Assembly: GCA_965644265.1 (NCBI GenBank)
Contig: OZ286461.1
Coordinates: 65,410,001 to 65,474,000, forward strand
Direction: 5' to 3'
Length of the DNA stretch: 64,000 nt
Source of the DNA: Glycera tridactyla
Taxonomy: Eukaryota
Both the position numbers and the translations under genes were made by a program. Shown piece by piece: positions 40,201-52,997 of the stretch. Under the pieces are notes generated by a model. The model searched no databases. It was not told the origin of the DNA and saw only the letters and a list, made by a program, of their open reading frames with translations. How positions within the stretch are numbered: the first letter of the stretch is position 1; each line of letters begins with the position of its first letter.

Positions 40201-41700
40201 ACGAGAGAGCGAGTCCTTGTAAATATACAGACACCAACTGGGATGTGATTCTATTTCATTTCCCCCGAAGATTCAGACCAAAGTTGAACAACGATATCTA
40301 GACGGTGTTTATTATTTGTTCAGTGTTATATTTGGAATGACAGCATATGTGATTGACATCCTGTTGAGCAATGGTTGAACACACAGCAATCAGATTGATG
40401 ATTATCGACTGGACAAAGGACAACGCTGATCCAATATTTCTCCGTTATCAACTGTGCCGATGACGAATAGCGTTCTGGGATTACCCATCACTCATCCGGC
40501 TATATCGGTATATGGAAGCATATCTGATATTGGGGATCTTCTGTTGCCTGATTTACCGGATGGTAAGGTCGAGAATGGGTGAATCAATCAGCGACTAACT
40601 GGCAAATCCTGTGACAAATTGACTAAATGCTACCACTGCCACATGCCAGGTTGGCAATGATTCATGGTCGTCTCCAAGGGTGCACGGATGCTGTACTATA
40701 GCAGACAGCATGAGATGACATATTGAAAGTTGATGTCAGGCCGTCTGTGACAAGGCAATAACTTACGTCTCATGGATATTTACGATGTCGTGTTCCAAGT
40801 TCCTTCTTCTACTCAAGTCAGTATGTCTATCCACCTAGATCTGGCTAAGTACGGACAAATTTGGCTGATTATGGCGAAGTTCNNNNNNNNNNNNNNNNNN
40901 NNNNNNNNNNNNNNNNNNNNNNNNNNNNNNNNNNNNNNNNNNNNNNNNNNNNNNNNNNNNNNNNNNNNNNNNNNNNNNNNNNNNNNNNNNNNNNNNNNNN
41001 NNNNNNNNNNNNNNNNNNNNNNNNNNNNNNNNNNNNNNNNNNNNNNNNNNNNNNNNNNNNNNNNNNNNNNNNNNNNNNNNNNNNNNNNNNNNNNNNNNNN
41101 NNNNNNNNNNNNNNNNNNNNNNNNNNNNNNNNNNTAGCATGCTGGGCCGGCGTGCAATGGGTCTGGGGTTCAACCCCCGGTCCTACCATGCAGGAATGTT
41201 TCACCCTTCATCTTCGCTCCTCCTTGGCAGGTGGTCTGATTAAGCCTACTCAAGTGCAGAAAGTGAACCTAAAACCTTNNNNNNNNNNNNNNNNNNNNNN
41301 NNNNNNNNNNNNNNNNNNNNNNNNNNNNNNNNNNNNNNNNNNNNNNNNNNNNNNNNNNNNNNNNNNNNNNNNNNNNNNNNNNNNNNNNNNNNNNNNNNNN
41401 NNNNNNNNNNNNNNNNNNNNNNNNAAACTGAGGGAAACCCTCGCCAACTTAGGTCTCAAGGGGCAGAATGAAGGCTGAATTAGTTTTTTTTTGTGGAAAT
41501 GATTCCGGGATTGAGTCATGCAATAGGGCCATCCCAAGGAAAGCTCATATCTCGAAATAGTATTCATGACATACACTGAGACTGTGACATGATCTCCCAA
41601 GATGCTTAGTTTATTCATACCAGGCATGAATGTATCCGCCGGCTTTCTATATTTTTTATCGGCGCAATATATCTTGCCCCCATCTTTCAATCTAAGGCGA
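37300..41700 (-). pseudogene. Heavily decayed DIRS1-like tyrosine-recombinase retroelement relic
   Basis: Fragmentary minus-strand motifs occur in DIRS order: RNaseH-end-like FMPGMN (~41630), MT-like NFAIISQI..PGMWQW*HLVNLSQDLP (40600-40880), and YR-like EDFSPQP..LTFIETVVAWSLQHLAVV*RR (~39660-39780), KGLSKDSLAS (~37620) and LNTTFTTAY (~37330). There are many stops and frameshifts. Confidence 0.4.
41135..41278 (+). mobile_element. tRNA-derived SINE fragment between two assembly gaps
   Basis: There is a B-box-like GGGGTTCAACCCCCGGT at ~41167-41183 preceded by tRNA-like sequence. N-gaps on both sides are consistent with a high-copy repeat. Confidence 0.45.
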
Positions 41701-41749
41701 TATATATTCCCTCGTCAATGCGTATATTACAAAATGTAGCCACTCATTT

Positions 41750-44700
41750 ATCCTAGTCAAAGTCAAACAGGTGTTAGTGGCATCAAAATTGGCATTGGTA
41801 ACGTGTTCTCTACTACATAGATCATATATAGATATATCCTTGAACCACTAATTCTGGACGACATCTCTGCCTCATGAGCATCAGTCTGATGCAGAGATAA
41901 TATCACAAAGAATTGAACCTGATTATAAGAGTATATGATTTTATTCAGTTGAGTGGCATCGAACAACACAGCCGACAAAATACAAGAACATGACAGTTAC
42001 AAAATGATGACCTATTCAGGAGTGGACATGAATCGGGGGGGGGGGGCGAGTGGTATGAGGAAACATATAATCACGGAAAAGATATCAGCCTTCTTTCAAC
42101 TACCTTCTAAATGCATGCTGATTAGCGAATTCAACATAGTACGTCATTCTTTTTCAACTGTCTCCTTGAGTCGATTTCGATCTAGCCAAATGTTCCTGCA
42201 AGCAATTTTCTTCATTGAAAATATAATTCTCGCTATCAGGCCTCTGCGAATCTCCATGTCGAGGGAGAGTGTTCATGTGGCTCGCTCATGGAAACTAGTG
42301 TTAACACCAGCACCAATGCGATTTCATTTTTCTCACAGGGATCCTAGACAGGTGCCCACAACATCACCAGTGGTGATGTGTAGCATATGCAAACTCCCCT
42401 GCTCCGAGTTCATTTTTTTTCATCACATCGGGCTCAGACTCTTTACATAGTTCAAATCCTGGCATGGTCATCTACATTTGAGTTCAGTGTGAGTACCTTA
42501 TGCCAAGGCTCCATAATGTTGTCAATCTAACCATGAGAGTTCATTTTATCTCAGAGTAGCTCTCCAGTTGTGATGACCTCTGCTTCAGGATAATTTGATT
42601 GGAGGCAATCCATTATCTCCAAACATAATGGTAAAAAACGTTGAGACATGATGCATCTGGCGCTGCCAACTATGCTTATTACATCTATCATATGGTTCAT
42701 TCAACTTGATAGCCCAACACTTAGAGAGATGATTTGATTAGTAGCGAAGAGTGTTTCAATACATAGTGCTTATATCGCATACTTTGATAGGATGCTCATA
42801 ATGTTTCGTAATGACAGGTCCTTTTTCATAGCTAAAAGAAGAAAATTGTCCTGGAGATCATTCTTCATTAGGTTTTCTTGTTTATTTGATACGTTTTTAT
42901 TCACATAAGCATGGACGAACATTGCCGTGTTAAATGCTAACGTGGACAGACAAGGGAAAACATTTAACAATAAACAGACATGCAAGGTGAAGCAATATGA
43001 CGCATCTAGAGGAACATAGAACACTACAGTATGGTTGAAACAGTTGAAATTTAGCACATTCACAGGCCAGAAATAAAAATAAACTCAAAAATAATGATAG
43101 TGATAATCAAATACGAGAAGTAGGTGAGAATAGTCATCGAAAATTATGAGGAAAATAATAGTCATATTATTTCTGATGATAACGGCAGTATCATATAGCT
43201 AATAAACGACATGTACATTAGGTGAAAGAGCGAGTGAGAGAGAGGGGGAGAGTGATAGGTAGATGGAGAGAGAAGAGAAAAAGAGAGAGGAAAACGACAG
43301 AGAGCGAGAGAAAGAAACAAGAGAGATAGAGAGAGGAAATGAGAGAGAGAGAGGGGGAGAAAATGGGAGAAAGAGGGAGAGAGAGAGTCGTTAATCTGTC
43401 TAGCATGAATCTGGAAGGTATTCTCCGTACTGAACCAATCTAGTCACTCCATGCATGCGTCTATCCACATATCTCATCCACAATCACCGACAAGAGATGA
43501 CAATGGTGATATATTTACGGTGGACGTGCTGTGTGGACAATGCCTGTGTCAGCAAAATGGAAATTCGCGTCGCATATGCACTAGCCAGCATCTTGATATT
43601 GACTCATTTATTCTAATATACTTGACATCCCTCCTTGAGTCATGTATCCCTGAAGACCGACTTGAGGCGGGATCACGTGACCATTGCCGAATCCAGTGTA
43701 TATAGGATCGAACATATGTGGAGCCAGATATAGCTGCCTGTTGGTCTATTCTGTTTCAATACAAATTGAATGGGTTGTCATATCTGTCCCAAGACTACAA
43801 GTAATTATAGTTGATGATTTTCTACATGACGAATACTCGTTTTGAAACTCACAAGATGTAGATCAGTTGCTTCATTTTCATGAGCAGCAGCTGAGCTATA
43901 TTGAATAAACGATACTGGGTGTATGGATACAAAAACTGCTTGCATTTTATCCTACCTTCAAGAAAACTAGCACAGCTAACATATGTTCTGGAGGCGGGCT
44001 TATCTGAATGCTTGTTTTATGAGAGGGTGTGTCTGTATGAAGAAGCTGAGGCTGTATTGTGTACATTTGATATACTTTCATGTGCGGGTATGCTGGTTGT
44101 TGAGTTAACAATGGGTATGTCAATCATATTAGGCAGAAAGCATTGATAGCTCCACGTGTAGTACACGTTTGCAATGCATCTGATTGAAGATAAGTGAAAT
44201 CAAGACTTTTATATCACAGTTGACTATGTTGAACATATTCCAGAATGTAGATTGGTGAAATATGATATTGATAAATCCTCTCCCCCCATCATTAAATCCA
44301 CATATCATTTCCTCAAAAAAGCCAGTACGGAATGCATATCGACGATATATTATTCTCGTAGCCACTAAAGGGTGTCTGCATGCCAGCGGCTATGCAATCT
44401 GAGTATCGGTCTGCATATCCTCAAAGGTATTGCTCAACCGGCTCAAGCCAACACGAAGAAATAACATGGCATGCAAACATATCGTAACTGGCATCACGCC
44501 TCGAAGAAACAGAATGTGTTGTTGCCATCCCTGATCGTTCGCTGTCGGTCTAAGACATATATGTTCGGTGTCAATACATGGAGGCTGGCTATGGTGGCCC
44601 AGCAGCATCTAGAGTCCATTCAATGGGAGATGAGTCCCGGGGAGCGATCTCAGGATATGGCCTGATGTCACGTGACTCCTGTATACATTATTACTTCAGT

Positions 44701-45060
44701 TCACTAGGCAACTATACTACTCCTGCTATCAAATGGGTTCATTAACTGTCTGTTTGACTGTTGTGACCCATCTCTGTCCAATGTCACTGTCAGAGCCTGA
44801 AGATCCTGATCTTCACAGTACTTATGGGTGATAGGTCTAATCTTGGCACAAAGTGCAACCCTCTGCCTTTGAATACATTTCGAACCTCCTCTCTTGTCCT
44901 GGCATGAGTGTGTATGCAGAGAAGGGTTATCAGTGTAGCTGGTTTTTGTAGTCACTTTCTAGAGTGTCACTGCTAACCTGGGACCATTGTGTTTAGATCC
45001 CAGATAGGTTGTAACATCCTCACCTAGCTCTGGTGGTGTGTAGTTCATGTCAATTTCCAT
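41750..45060 (-). pseudogene. Decayed CR1/L2-type LINE ORF2 relic (APE + RT)
   Basis: Minus-strand fragments occur in the expected order: NVFKGRGLHFV (~44870), IYRR..FFEE (~44330), YYVEFANQHAFRR (~42120) and SSRISGSRIYLYMIYVVENTLP (~41800; resembles GVPQGSxLGPxLFxxYxNDLP). Confidence 0.4.
43225..43386. repeat. Degenerate (GA)n tract
   Basis: Read directly from the sequence. A similar tract lies at 55760-55870. Confidence 0.9.
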
Positions 45061-45069
45061 CTCAACACT

Positions 45070-45260
45070 GGGGTGGGGGGGGGGGGGGGACAAGACCACT
45101 CAAAGTAGTCTGTGACAATTAGTGTAGTGTATGGTTCACCGATACATGTACACATCCTCACATCCTAGCCGTGGTCACCCACCAACGACTAGCTGCATCC
45201 ACAGCTGTTCTGAATGTGGGTCAACTGTGAAGACGCTATGACTAAACCACGCGGATCCCC
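45070..45260 (-). mobile_element. SINE-like repeat, copy 2
   Basis: The minus strand starts GGGGATCCGCGTGGTTTAGTCATAGCGTCTTC and contains TTGGTGGGTGACCACGGCTAGGA. It has the same G-tract end as copy 1. Confidence 0.6.
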
Positions 45261-46819
45261 ATACAAACACCTAGTTCTCTATTCAAATCATTGACCAGAT
45301 ATTCCTTGGAAGATGGCAATCTTTCTTCGAATTTGAGCTTTTTATTCTGACTTCACAAATGTCTGTGTGAATGTCATGAGCAGGACTCTGGGATCACACA
45401 CAGCCCAACCGCCAGGCACAGTTCCAATGCGCTGAAGCCATTTATTGCATTACTACACAAAATATGATACACTATGTTGACATTTCAAGGCTTGATGAAT
45501 GTCATGTATAATATCTGGATTGGAACAAGGTTATAACCTGCCCCTTTACCATTTTCCCGGGCTTATAAGCATATGTGTAGTATCATGATTCCAGTCATGC
45601 TATCATACGGCATGTGCTCCAATCATGCCTACATGGACCCGTTGATCTTACCTAGGTAACGTGCAGCTCCTCGACTGCCGTTGACTAGACATACTCTAGT
45701 CATGGAGATATGCTAGTAGCACAACAAACAGGCTCGCAACCAGCATGATAACCGCTGATTCATCATCATTGTGAGCAAATGCAAACATGACACGATTGTA
45801 ACTACTCGGTGGCACCCGCTCATCGACTTCCTGTCATCGAGTAGAATCGGGTGAATTAGTAATTGAAACTGATGATGATGATGATTAAGAATAACTGCGG
45901 TGAGATGATGCTTCTGATATGTTCGTTGAAAAATCTGGATCATTTCACACATAGCAGAGAAACTGTGGAAGGTCAGAAGTGCGTGTCTCTACTTTAATTC
46001 AGACCAATGACTGTTCATGGTGGATACGGAGGCTTGACGTATAGCGATGCCTTCTCTCTCAATCGATGCACATATCGATGTATGGTTGTATTTTGAGACT
46101 CACTGGACTTGCTGTAGTGCACAGATGATCGAACGCTATGAATTTTATCTAATTTTCGAAAATGATTTAGAGTGACACTGGTGAAATAACATTTCTGATG
46201 GTTTTTTTGATATTACTAATCATGTTGCATACAAAACGGGAAAATGTACAAGGTCATCGATGTGTGTCCAAAAGTAGCTCATGGCGAATACAAAGGATGT
46301 GCCTATACTGGGGCCTTATTCTATGTATGCATATATTTAAGTATGTCCGTATTTCTAGACCCACTTGTACTCATGAGCGAACAGAAGCGTCCACAGATAT
46401 ACTCTTTTTTTAGTTCGAATGACGATATATGATATGACAGCGATGAAATGCTTTTTTTTTCATCCTCGAAAATGATGTGACTGTAGCGATACGACGTTCC
46501 TGTTGTTTCGTTTTTGTTTGTTTGTTTGAGATTTGGCGGCATGTATCAACCCGAGGGTTGTGTATGCCATCTGTTAATGGTTAAGGAAAATTGGATCCTC
46601 CCTCCCCTGCGGACATCACTCTCACAATCCCTGAACACAGACACACCTCTATCAACTCAACATGAACAAATTGAATTTAATGATGGCATATCCAACAGTG
46701 TAATTGGCTGGAACCTGATACCCAAGCCTGATAACAATGCTTTTCATTTCAGGAAAGCACAGCACTTCATACGAGGGAAAGAATTTTTTCGGAGAATATC
46801 GGACCAATATGTTCACTTA

Positions 46820-46939
46820 CAGTCGAACCTCCTCTAAAGACCACCTCTCTATAAAGGCCACCTCCCTATAAAGGTCACCTCCCTATAAAGGCCACTTTTT
46901 GGTGCGACCGAAGGCGGTTTTTATAGAGGGGTTCGACTG
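46820..46939. mobile_element. 120-bp MITE with CAGTCGAACC terminal inverted repeats (Tc1/mariner-pogo type)
   Basis: The structure is TA|CAGTCGAACC ... GGTTCGACTG. The right flank is CA rather than TA. Internal ~17-bp repeats CCACCTC(T/C)CTATAAAGG are present. Confidence 0.75.
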
Positions 46940-47450
46940 CAGTTGTTTTCGTTTAATATTGCGAATCACGTTGCACACAAAATTGGGTATTGTGTAAGGT
47001 CAATGATGTGTGTCCGTACTTGGGTCCAGGTCAATAGGAGTCTATGGTGGATAGGGAAGGTACACGTATAGAGTGGTCGATGGTACTACGTGGTTGATCC
47101 GTTATGCTTTATTAATCGCATCCGGGTGATACATGGCAGGAGGGATCAGCATTCAAGGCTAGCTATTGATGCGCATCATCCTAATAAACAGCTTATCTCT
47201 GCAAGTTTGTCTGCCTGTATAACAGTTCTGCACGCCTGCCGCATACCACCACATACGTTGGTGCGCGTGATCCAGCTTTATCCCGTGCCTGATGGTATTC
47301 GCCAGGGTGGGGTAATATTTTAAGGCTTAGGAAGATATATATGCATGTTTTGAATATTGCTCTGCATTGGTGAAGTTGCTGAGATATAAACATTTCGAAA
47401 ATTTCAAGTTTCCTCCTAACTTGTGGTGGAAACAATCAAATGATTATATA

Positions 47451-47600
47451 CCGTCGAACTTCTCTGAAGACCACTTCTCAATAAAGACCAATTTTCTATA
47501 AAGGCCACCCTGAGCTGCGACCGTGGTAGTATATCCAACAGTAAATGGACTGTATATAAAAACCAACTCCCTAAAAAGGCCACTTTCTGAATTCCTCCGG
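47451..47600. mobile_element. Third copy of the MITE family, right end lost
   Basis: It begins TA|CCGTCGAACTTCTCTGAAGACCAC. The internal GCCACCCTGAGCTGCGACC..TCCAACAGTAAA matches the 5458-5619 copy. Confidence 0.6.
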
Positions 47601-50219
47601 GATAATCATGGATTTCACGATGAAAAGTTAATCAATTATGAAAAATGATCACATCCGGCCAATTCATCAATACGTTTGTTTGAATTCTCTCTTGATGTGA
47701 ATTATTACCTGTTCTTCATATTGTTCTGTCCATCCTGTCTTCCACGACACCAGGATTTTGAATTTTGCTACACAATTAGGTTTCTGATTCTGGAAGCGAT
47801 ACCATTCGATGAAAAGACCTGGGAACCATCAGAGGAAGTGTAGCTCACACAGGCGATGATGGGAAAATCAAGGGTGATCACCTTGCTTGGTTCGAACAGG
47901 GTGAGAATGATGAACTAGTGGTGTGTTCGATAAAGCTGGATATGATTTTCAGCTTTAAAGGCATCGTTGTTGGTGGCTCCCTACACCAATTTTGATCGCT
48001 CTATCCGGTGATTCAGAGTAGGTGATAATACCAGTAGAGGTTTCATGTGACATTGTGTCTAGGCCTGGCCATTGTTATGGCAGCGTAAAATGAGCCCTAA
48101 TGTATTCTCGATTGGGCTAGCTAGGCTTCCATCGTGTTTATAAAGTGCTGCCTTTCATGCAGATACCCACCCTCACTGCACAAAATCCACACCATACTTG
48201 AATATAAGTGTGAAACTGACTCCATCTCTATTCTGAAAGATATGCCTCTGCTTTTCAGAGAATGCCTCCTCATCTTGCAATTGCCTGTATTAGGCTGGAC
48301 ATATGAGAAGTGCGTTGTCTTCCTACCTGCCTGCCCATCTGCAATGGCTGAACATCCGACTGCCCACTTGCCCACACGCCCATCTGCAGGCCTGCACACC
48401 TAATTATCCAATTGTCCGCCACCAAATCCAACTTTTAAAGGTTGCATTGTGTCACTTGACACTACAGTAATCCGACTTTTATTTTTGCATCTTTTCAAAA
48501 TAACTCATCTCGTGAGACGCCGAGTATCACCCAATCAATCAATTAATCAATCAATCAATCAATCCGAAGTATATTGGCATTGGTTTGAGGTGTGTCACTT
48601 GACGACACCGTAGTTAGATACGCAATTTCCTTTCCAGAATGACACATTTTTCGAGACGTTGAATATTATCCAATCCATGAATATAAATTCAAATTCAAAT
48701 TCAAAACTCAAAATATATCATGTGAGATGGTCTCACCCCGCCCCCTCCCCAGTTTAACATCGGGCCTGGAGGTGAGAGAATTCCGTACTGAATATGATTT
48801 GTTCAATTAATTGAATGGTTGCTTGCTTAATGAATCGAGTAGTCGAGCTGCCGACTGATGCTTATCCGAGTGAAGGGATGAGAAAACGATGAATCCATCG
48901 ATAGTGAAAGAAGCTACACAAGAGTATAATGGCACGATATAACATATAACATTCAACGATAATGTACTTTTTATTATTATCTCAGAAACACACACAATCA
49001 AGTTTCACCTCCCTTGATCTGACACGTGACCACACAATATATTTTACAAAATAATGGTTGGTTATTTAATATAGTACAAGAATTTGTACAAGATATGTGT
49101 CACTATTGGACGCTTCGTACCCCTTTTCAGTCGACTCATACACATCCCTCTATGTCGTACACAGCTCTTACAATAATACTCTCCACCATATGCTAAGATA
49201 ACTATAAGTGATTTGTATAATTTGTGAAAATCATGAACAGAAGAGTTACTGCCATCTCGTGCTAGAATCCGTCGTGTCTTCATTCCTCTAATTACATCAG
49301 CTATCTTTTCCAAACCACAAAACATTATTCAGTTGAAATTCAAATGAGTTGAGGAGTCTATTTACGTACCTACCCCTGTGTCTTGAAGATTTAGTCTGAC
49401 ATCGTACGCTGATGATCCATCAGACTCTCTGTCAAAGTGGGGAAGAGGTGTGGATAGTGAGGCGCGAGAATATGAGAGGAGCTGTGTTGCTTGTTGTTAT
49501 CCGGTAAGCCCTGACTAATAAAATGTTTCCATGTCAAGCAGCAATCACGTAGGCGCCGAGGCATCAGCAAGGGTCATCTCATTTTACCAATGCTTAGTTC
49601 GGGTTCTCTTTACACTTCACTGAATAAACTCAATATTTATATCTCGGCAAGAATGAAACATCTCCAGCAATGGGCTTACCTCAGATTCTACATTCTGTTC
49701 GCTGGGTATAATCTGATATGATTGTAAGAACATCATGGGATTTTTTCCATAAGGATGAAGGTAGCTCTGAGGTATGAAGAAACGCTCCTGACGACTCGCG
49801 CTACTAGTGTTCACACACTAATGGAGATGCATGTGCCCACATGACTCGTTAAAGCTTCGTCTATTATCAGCCCCCATTACCACCAGTACTCGCTGAAAAC
49901 ATTGTCCATTCTGTTAAAATGTGATCAGAATATATAGGTCACCCGGGATATACCACCAATCTATTGATAGTACCATCAGCTGCAGATATATGAAAAATGG
50001 TAACTTGCGGTCAGTGGATTCCATGAATTTTCATCTCATGGTTGAAATCCAGATAAAAGGTGTCAGGAATTACCCCACCCATGCCAATTGCATGGTCGTA
50101 CCTATATAACCAAGATAGAAGTGAAGCAACTGACCGATTCACTTTATGAGATTGACTATCATATCTATCGAAAGAGGGATAAAAACAACAACTATTGTTA
50201 TAACAACTGTGAATGTGGC

Positions 50220-50381
50220 TACTACTATTATTACTTCTCCTACTCCTACTACCACTCCTCCATCTTCTACCCCTCCTCTTCTCCTCCTCAATATAGTACT
50301 ACTACTACTACTACTACTACTACCACTACTACTACCGCTACTATCAATATATTAACCTTCAATATGTCTGCTACAACAACA
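50220..50381. repeat. (ACT)n-type microsatellite flanking a gap
   Basis: Read directly from the sequence. Confidence 0.9.
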
Positions 50382-51429
50382 NNNNNNNNNNNNNNNNNNN
50401 NNNNNNNNNNNNNNNNNNNNNNNNNNNNNNNNNNNNNNNNNNNNNNNNNNNNNNNNNNNNNNNNNNNNNNNNNNNNNNNNNNNNNNNNNNNNNNNNNNNN
50501 NNNNNNNNNNNNNNNNNNNNNNNNNNNNNNNNNNNNNNNNNNGACCAGGAACAGTATAGTTTGTACGAATATGATGCCTCCGTACAGCATAACATGATAC
50601 ATAACGTGCGATCAATTGCTTTGTTGACACACAGAGAATCGATCCGATGCCTGCAGCATTTGCTCATTATTCCTATTATGAGCACAATGTGTGAACCTTA
50701 CTACATCAAATACAAATTGGTCTCACTCTAGATATTGGATCTACCCGAAAGATGTTTTTTCAGCAAACACTTGTGTGTTGTGGTGGAATAGGGCTGAATG
50801 CAGGTGATGCCACTCGGTCACACAGAGACAGTGGCCTTTTCCGGGAATGATATTATCTCAATGTGACACCAATTCATGAGAGATGAGTGGTGCTACCCTT
50901 GCATGATGCAGGATACAATCTCAGGTTGTATGGACTAGTAGCATATACCACTGACAAATCCATACTAGCTCCTACATTTCCTGGTAATATTCCCTGTTTA
51001 TATAAATATGTCAGCTGCTGTATATTGAGAAACTATCCGGCTGTATTCCGGATCAAAATGTAAAATCCTCTTATCCATCTCATATTTCAGTCTAGATTCA
51101 CACACTAATCACTATAGCTTCTTGACCTCTTATATCCTCCACATTCGAACTCTTTATAGCAGCAATGGCTTTCAGTCATAATCATACTCCATTCAAGAAA
51201 ACAGCAGCAATATATCTTATATAGGAACTACCTTCCCTCTGATTTTGATTGCAGGACACGTAGAGAAAATGTGTTAGAGATATGGCAATCATAGCCGCCC
51301 ACCTAATGATGACGACTCTACCCGATGCCAAATATATTTCTTCTTGGCACACGTGGTCAAAGATAGTGCCAGCCTGTAGAAGGGATAAGAGATTAATTCA
51401 AACATTCCCTGGCAGCAACCATCTCCACC

Positions 51430-51626
51430 GTTCGTGACTTAAGAGCAGGATTCTGCTGCTCACCTAAAAATTACGGCACAACATGGCACCAAAGCATATT
51501 CGAAACCAACTCAAAGTGCACAGGCATTCAGGCATGAGTCCACGATCCCACCAAGCCATCATCCTAAAAGTGCCTCCAGAGCCCCATTTTAGCACTTATC
51601 GTGACAATGCATTTACAAAGCAGCAC
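51430..51626 (+). mobile_element. Near-identical duplicate of the L2 RT C-terminal segment
   Basis: 51450-51626 is a close copy of 52286-52462 (offset 836 bp, few substitutions). It explains track ORF 51483..51701. Confidence 0.7.
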
Positions 51627-52285
51627 GTACTCTGTGAAATGCCTTACCCAGTAGATGGTAAACATTTCAAAAGAGGATACGAAGTGACAATATTTCCGTA
51701 AACCAACAAATGTAGATCATTAATGTATTTGACAAACACCCGCACCGATATGGGAGGTGTGTTCAAACAAAAAAGTCCCAGGACTGTGGTAATTTGATGT
51801 GTCATAACCTTTATAGGGATACTCTCACCATGTACTATCTTTTTGGAGTATACTCCGTGTATTCAATTGAATAGACCACCATTTGATCTACAGGAACCAG
51901 GGAATAAATTACGGGGTGAAAACTAGCAATTTTCGCTTGAGAGATGTCTTAAAAAACCGTGGTCATAGCCGACCATGAATCGACTGTAGGCAAGTACCGT
52001 CTGATCTGTCGGACTTGGTATAGCGATTTCTCTAGCTGGCTCGACTAAAACTCGAGAGACAGAAAGTACATGGTTCCTGTGCTTTTGATGAAATGATATT
52101 CCGTGCCCCAATACGCATAATCAGTTCTTAATCTTTGGTTCTGATTGCGGAATGAACAATCAGAGTTTCTTTCTTATACAAACGTCCTTTCTTCCTTTGT
52201 CCCTATGGACAACCTGGTGATTCTAATCAAGACAGTGCCAACATCAATCAGAAAATGTGATCCTCATCTCTTCTGTGTTCACAAC

Positions 52286-52716
52286 ATTCTACTGCTCACC
52301 TAAAAATTACGGCACGATATTGCACCACAGCATATTCGAAACCTACTCAAAGTGCACAGGCATTCAGGCATAAGTCCACGATCCCACCAAGCCATCATCC
52401 TAAAAGTGCCTCCAGAGCCCCATCTTAGCACTTATCGGGACAATGCATTTACAAAGCAGCACCTAACCCATCTCAGTCTGCCAGTGTGCAACCCTTGACA
52501 CCTTCGAGTCATCTCTGAAGACCTATCTCTTCAGAGAAGCATATGAACGAGCCAAGAGAAGCTTTTACAATTATATGGCTGAATGAGTAGGTGCCTTTGA
52601 GCAAGGGTTCCTTCTGATAATATGGTGCTATATGAATGTCACACATTATTATTATTATCATTATCAATATGATTATCATTATCATTATTATTATAATTAT
52701 TATTATTATTATTATT
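52286..52716 (+). mobile_element. 3' end of an L2-clade LINE with (ATT)n tail
   Basis: It translates to the L2 C-terminal pattern: ILLLT*KL..APQHIRNLLKV..LKVPP..STYRDNAF, then TFESSLKTYLFREAYE. A ggtgctatatgaat motif and an (ATT/ATC)n tail (52645-52716) follow. Confidence 0.7.
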
Positions 52717-52934
52717 GCCAATGGGTGGCGTGACTGTAGTTTGTTGGAGAGATGGATCTCAATCGGAGGTGACAATTGGATTGCACTGGGCAATTCAACA
52801 GTGGTATTCAGAATGGGAAAATCTTCTGGGTAAGTGAACACCACAACAATTGTCGCTCTGCTTTGTATCTATTTTGTACAAAAATAAAACACAAGTGATT
52901 TCTGTCTTGGTAGGGTCAGGTATAGCTCAATATG

Positions 52935-52997
52935 CCTTATGGTTACACAAGTACTTTCGGCCGTCTGAGGCTGGCCTTCATCAGGTGTGTTTTAAGG
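52935..52997 (-). ncRNA. Minimal type I hammerhead ribozyme (PLE/retrozyme type)
   Basis: The minus strand reads ACAC-CUGAUGA-A-GGCC-agccucagac-GGCC-GAA-AGUACU-U-GUGU. The CUGANGA and GAAA core is complete, stem I is ACAC/GUGU (extendable by CCUUA/UAAGG), stem II is GGCC/GGCC and the short stem III AGUACU is palindromic. Confidence 0.75.
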
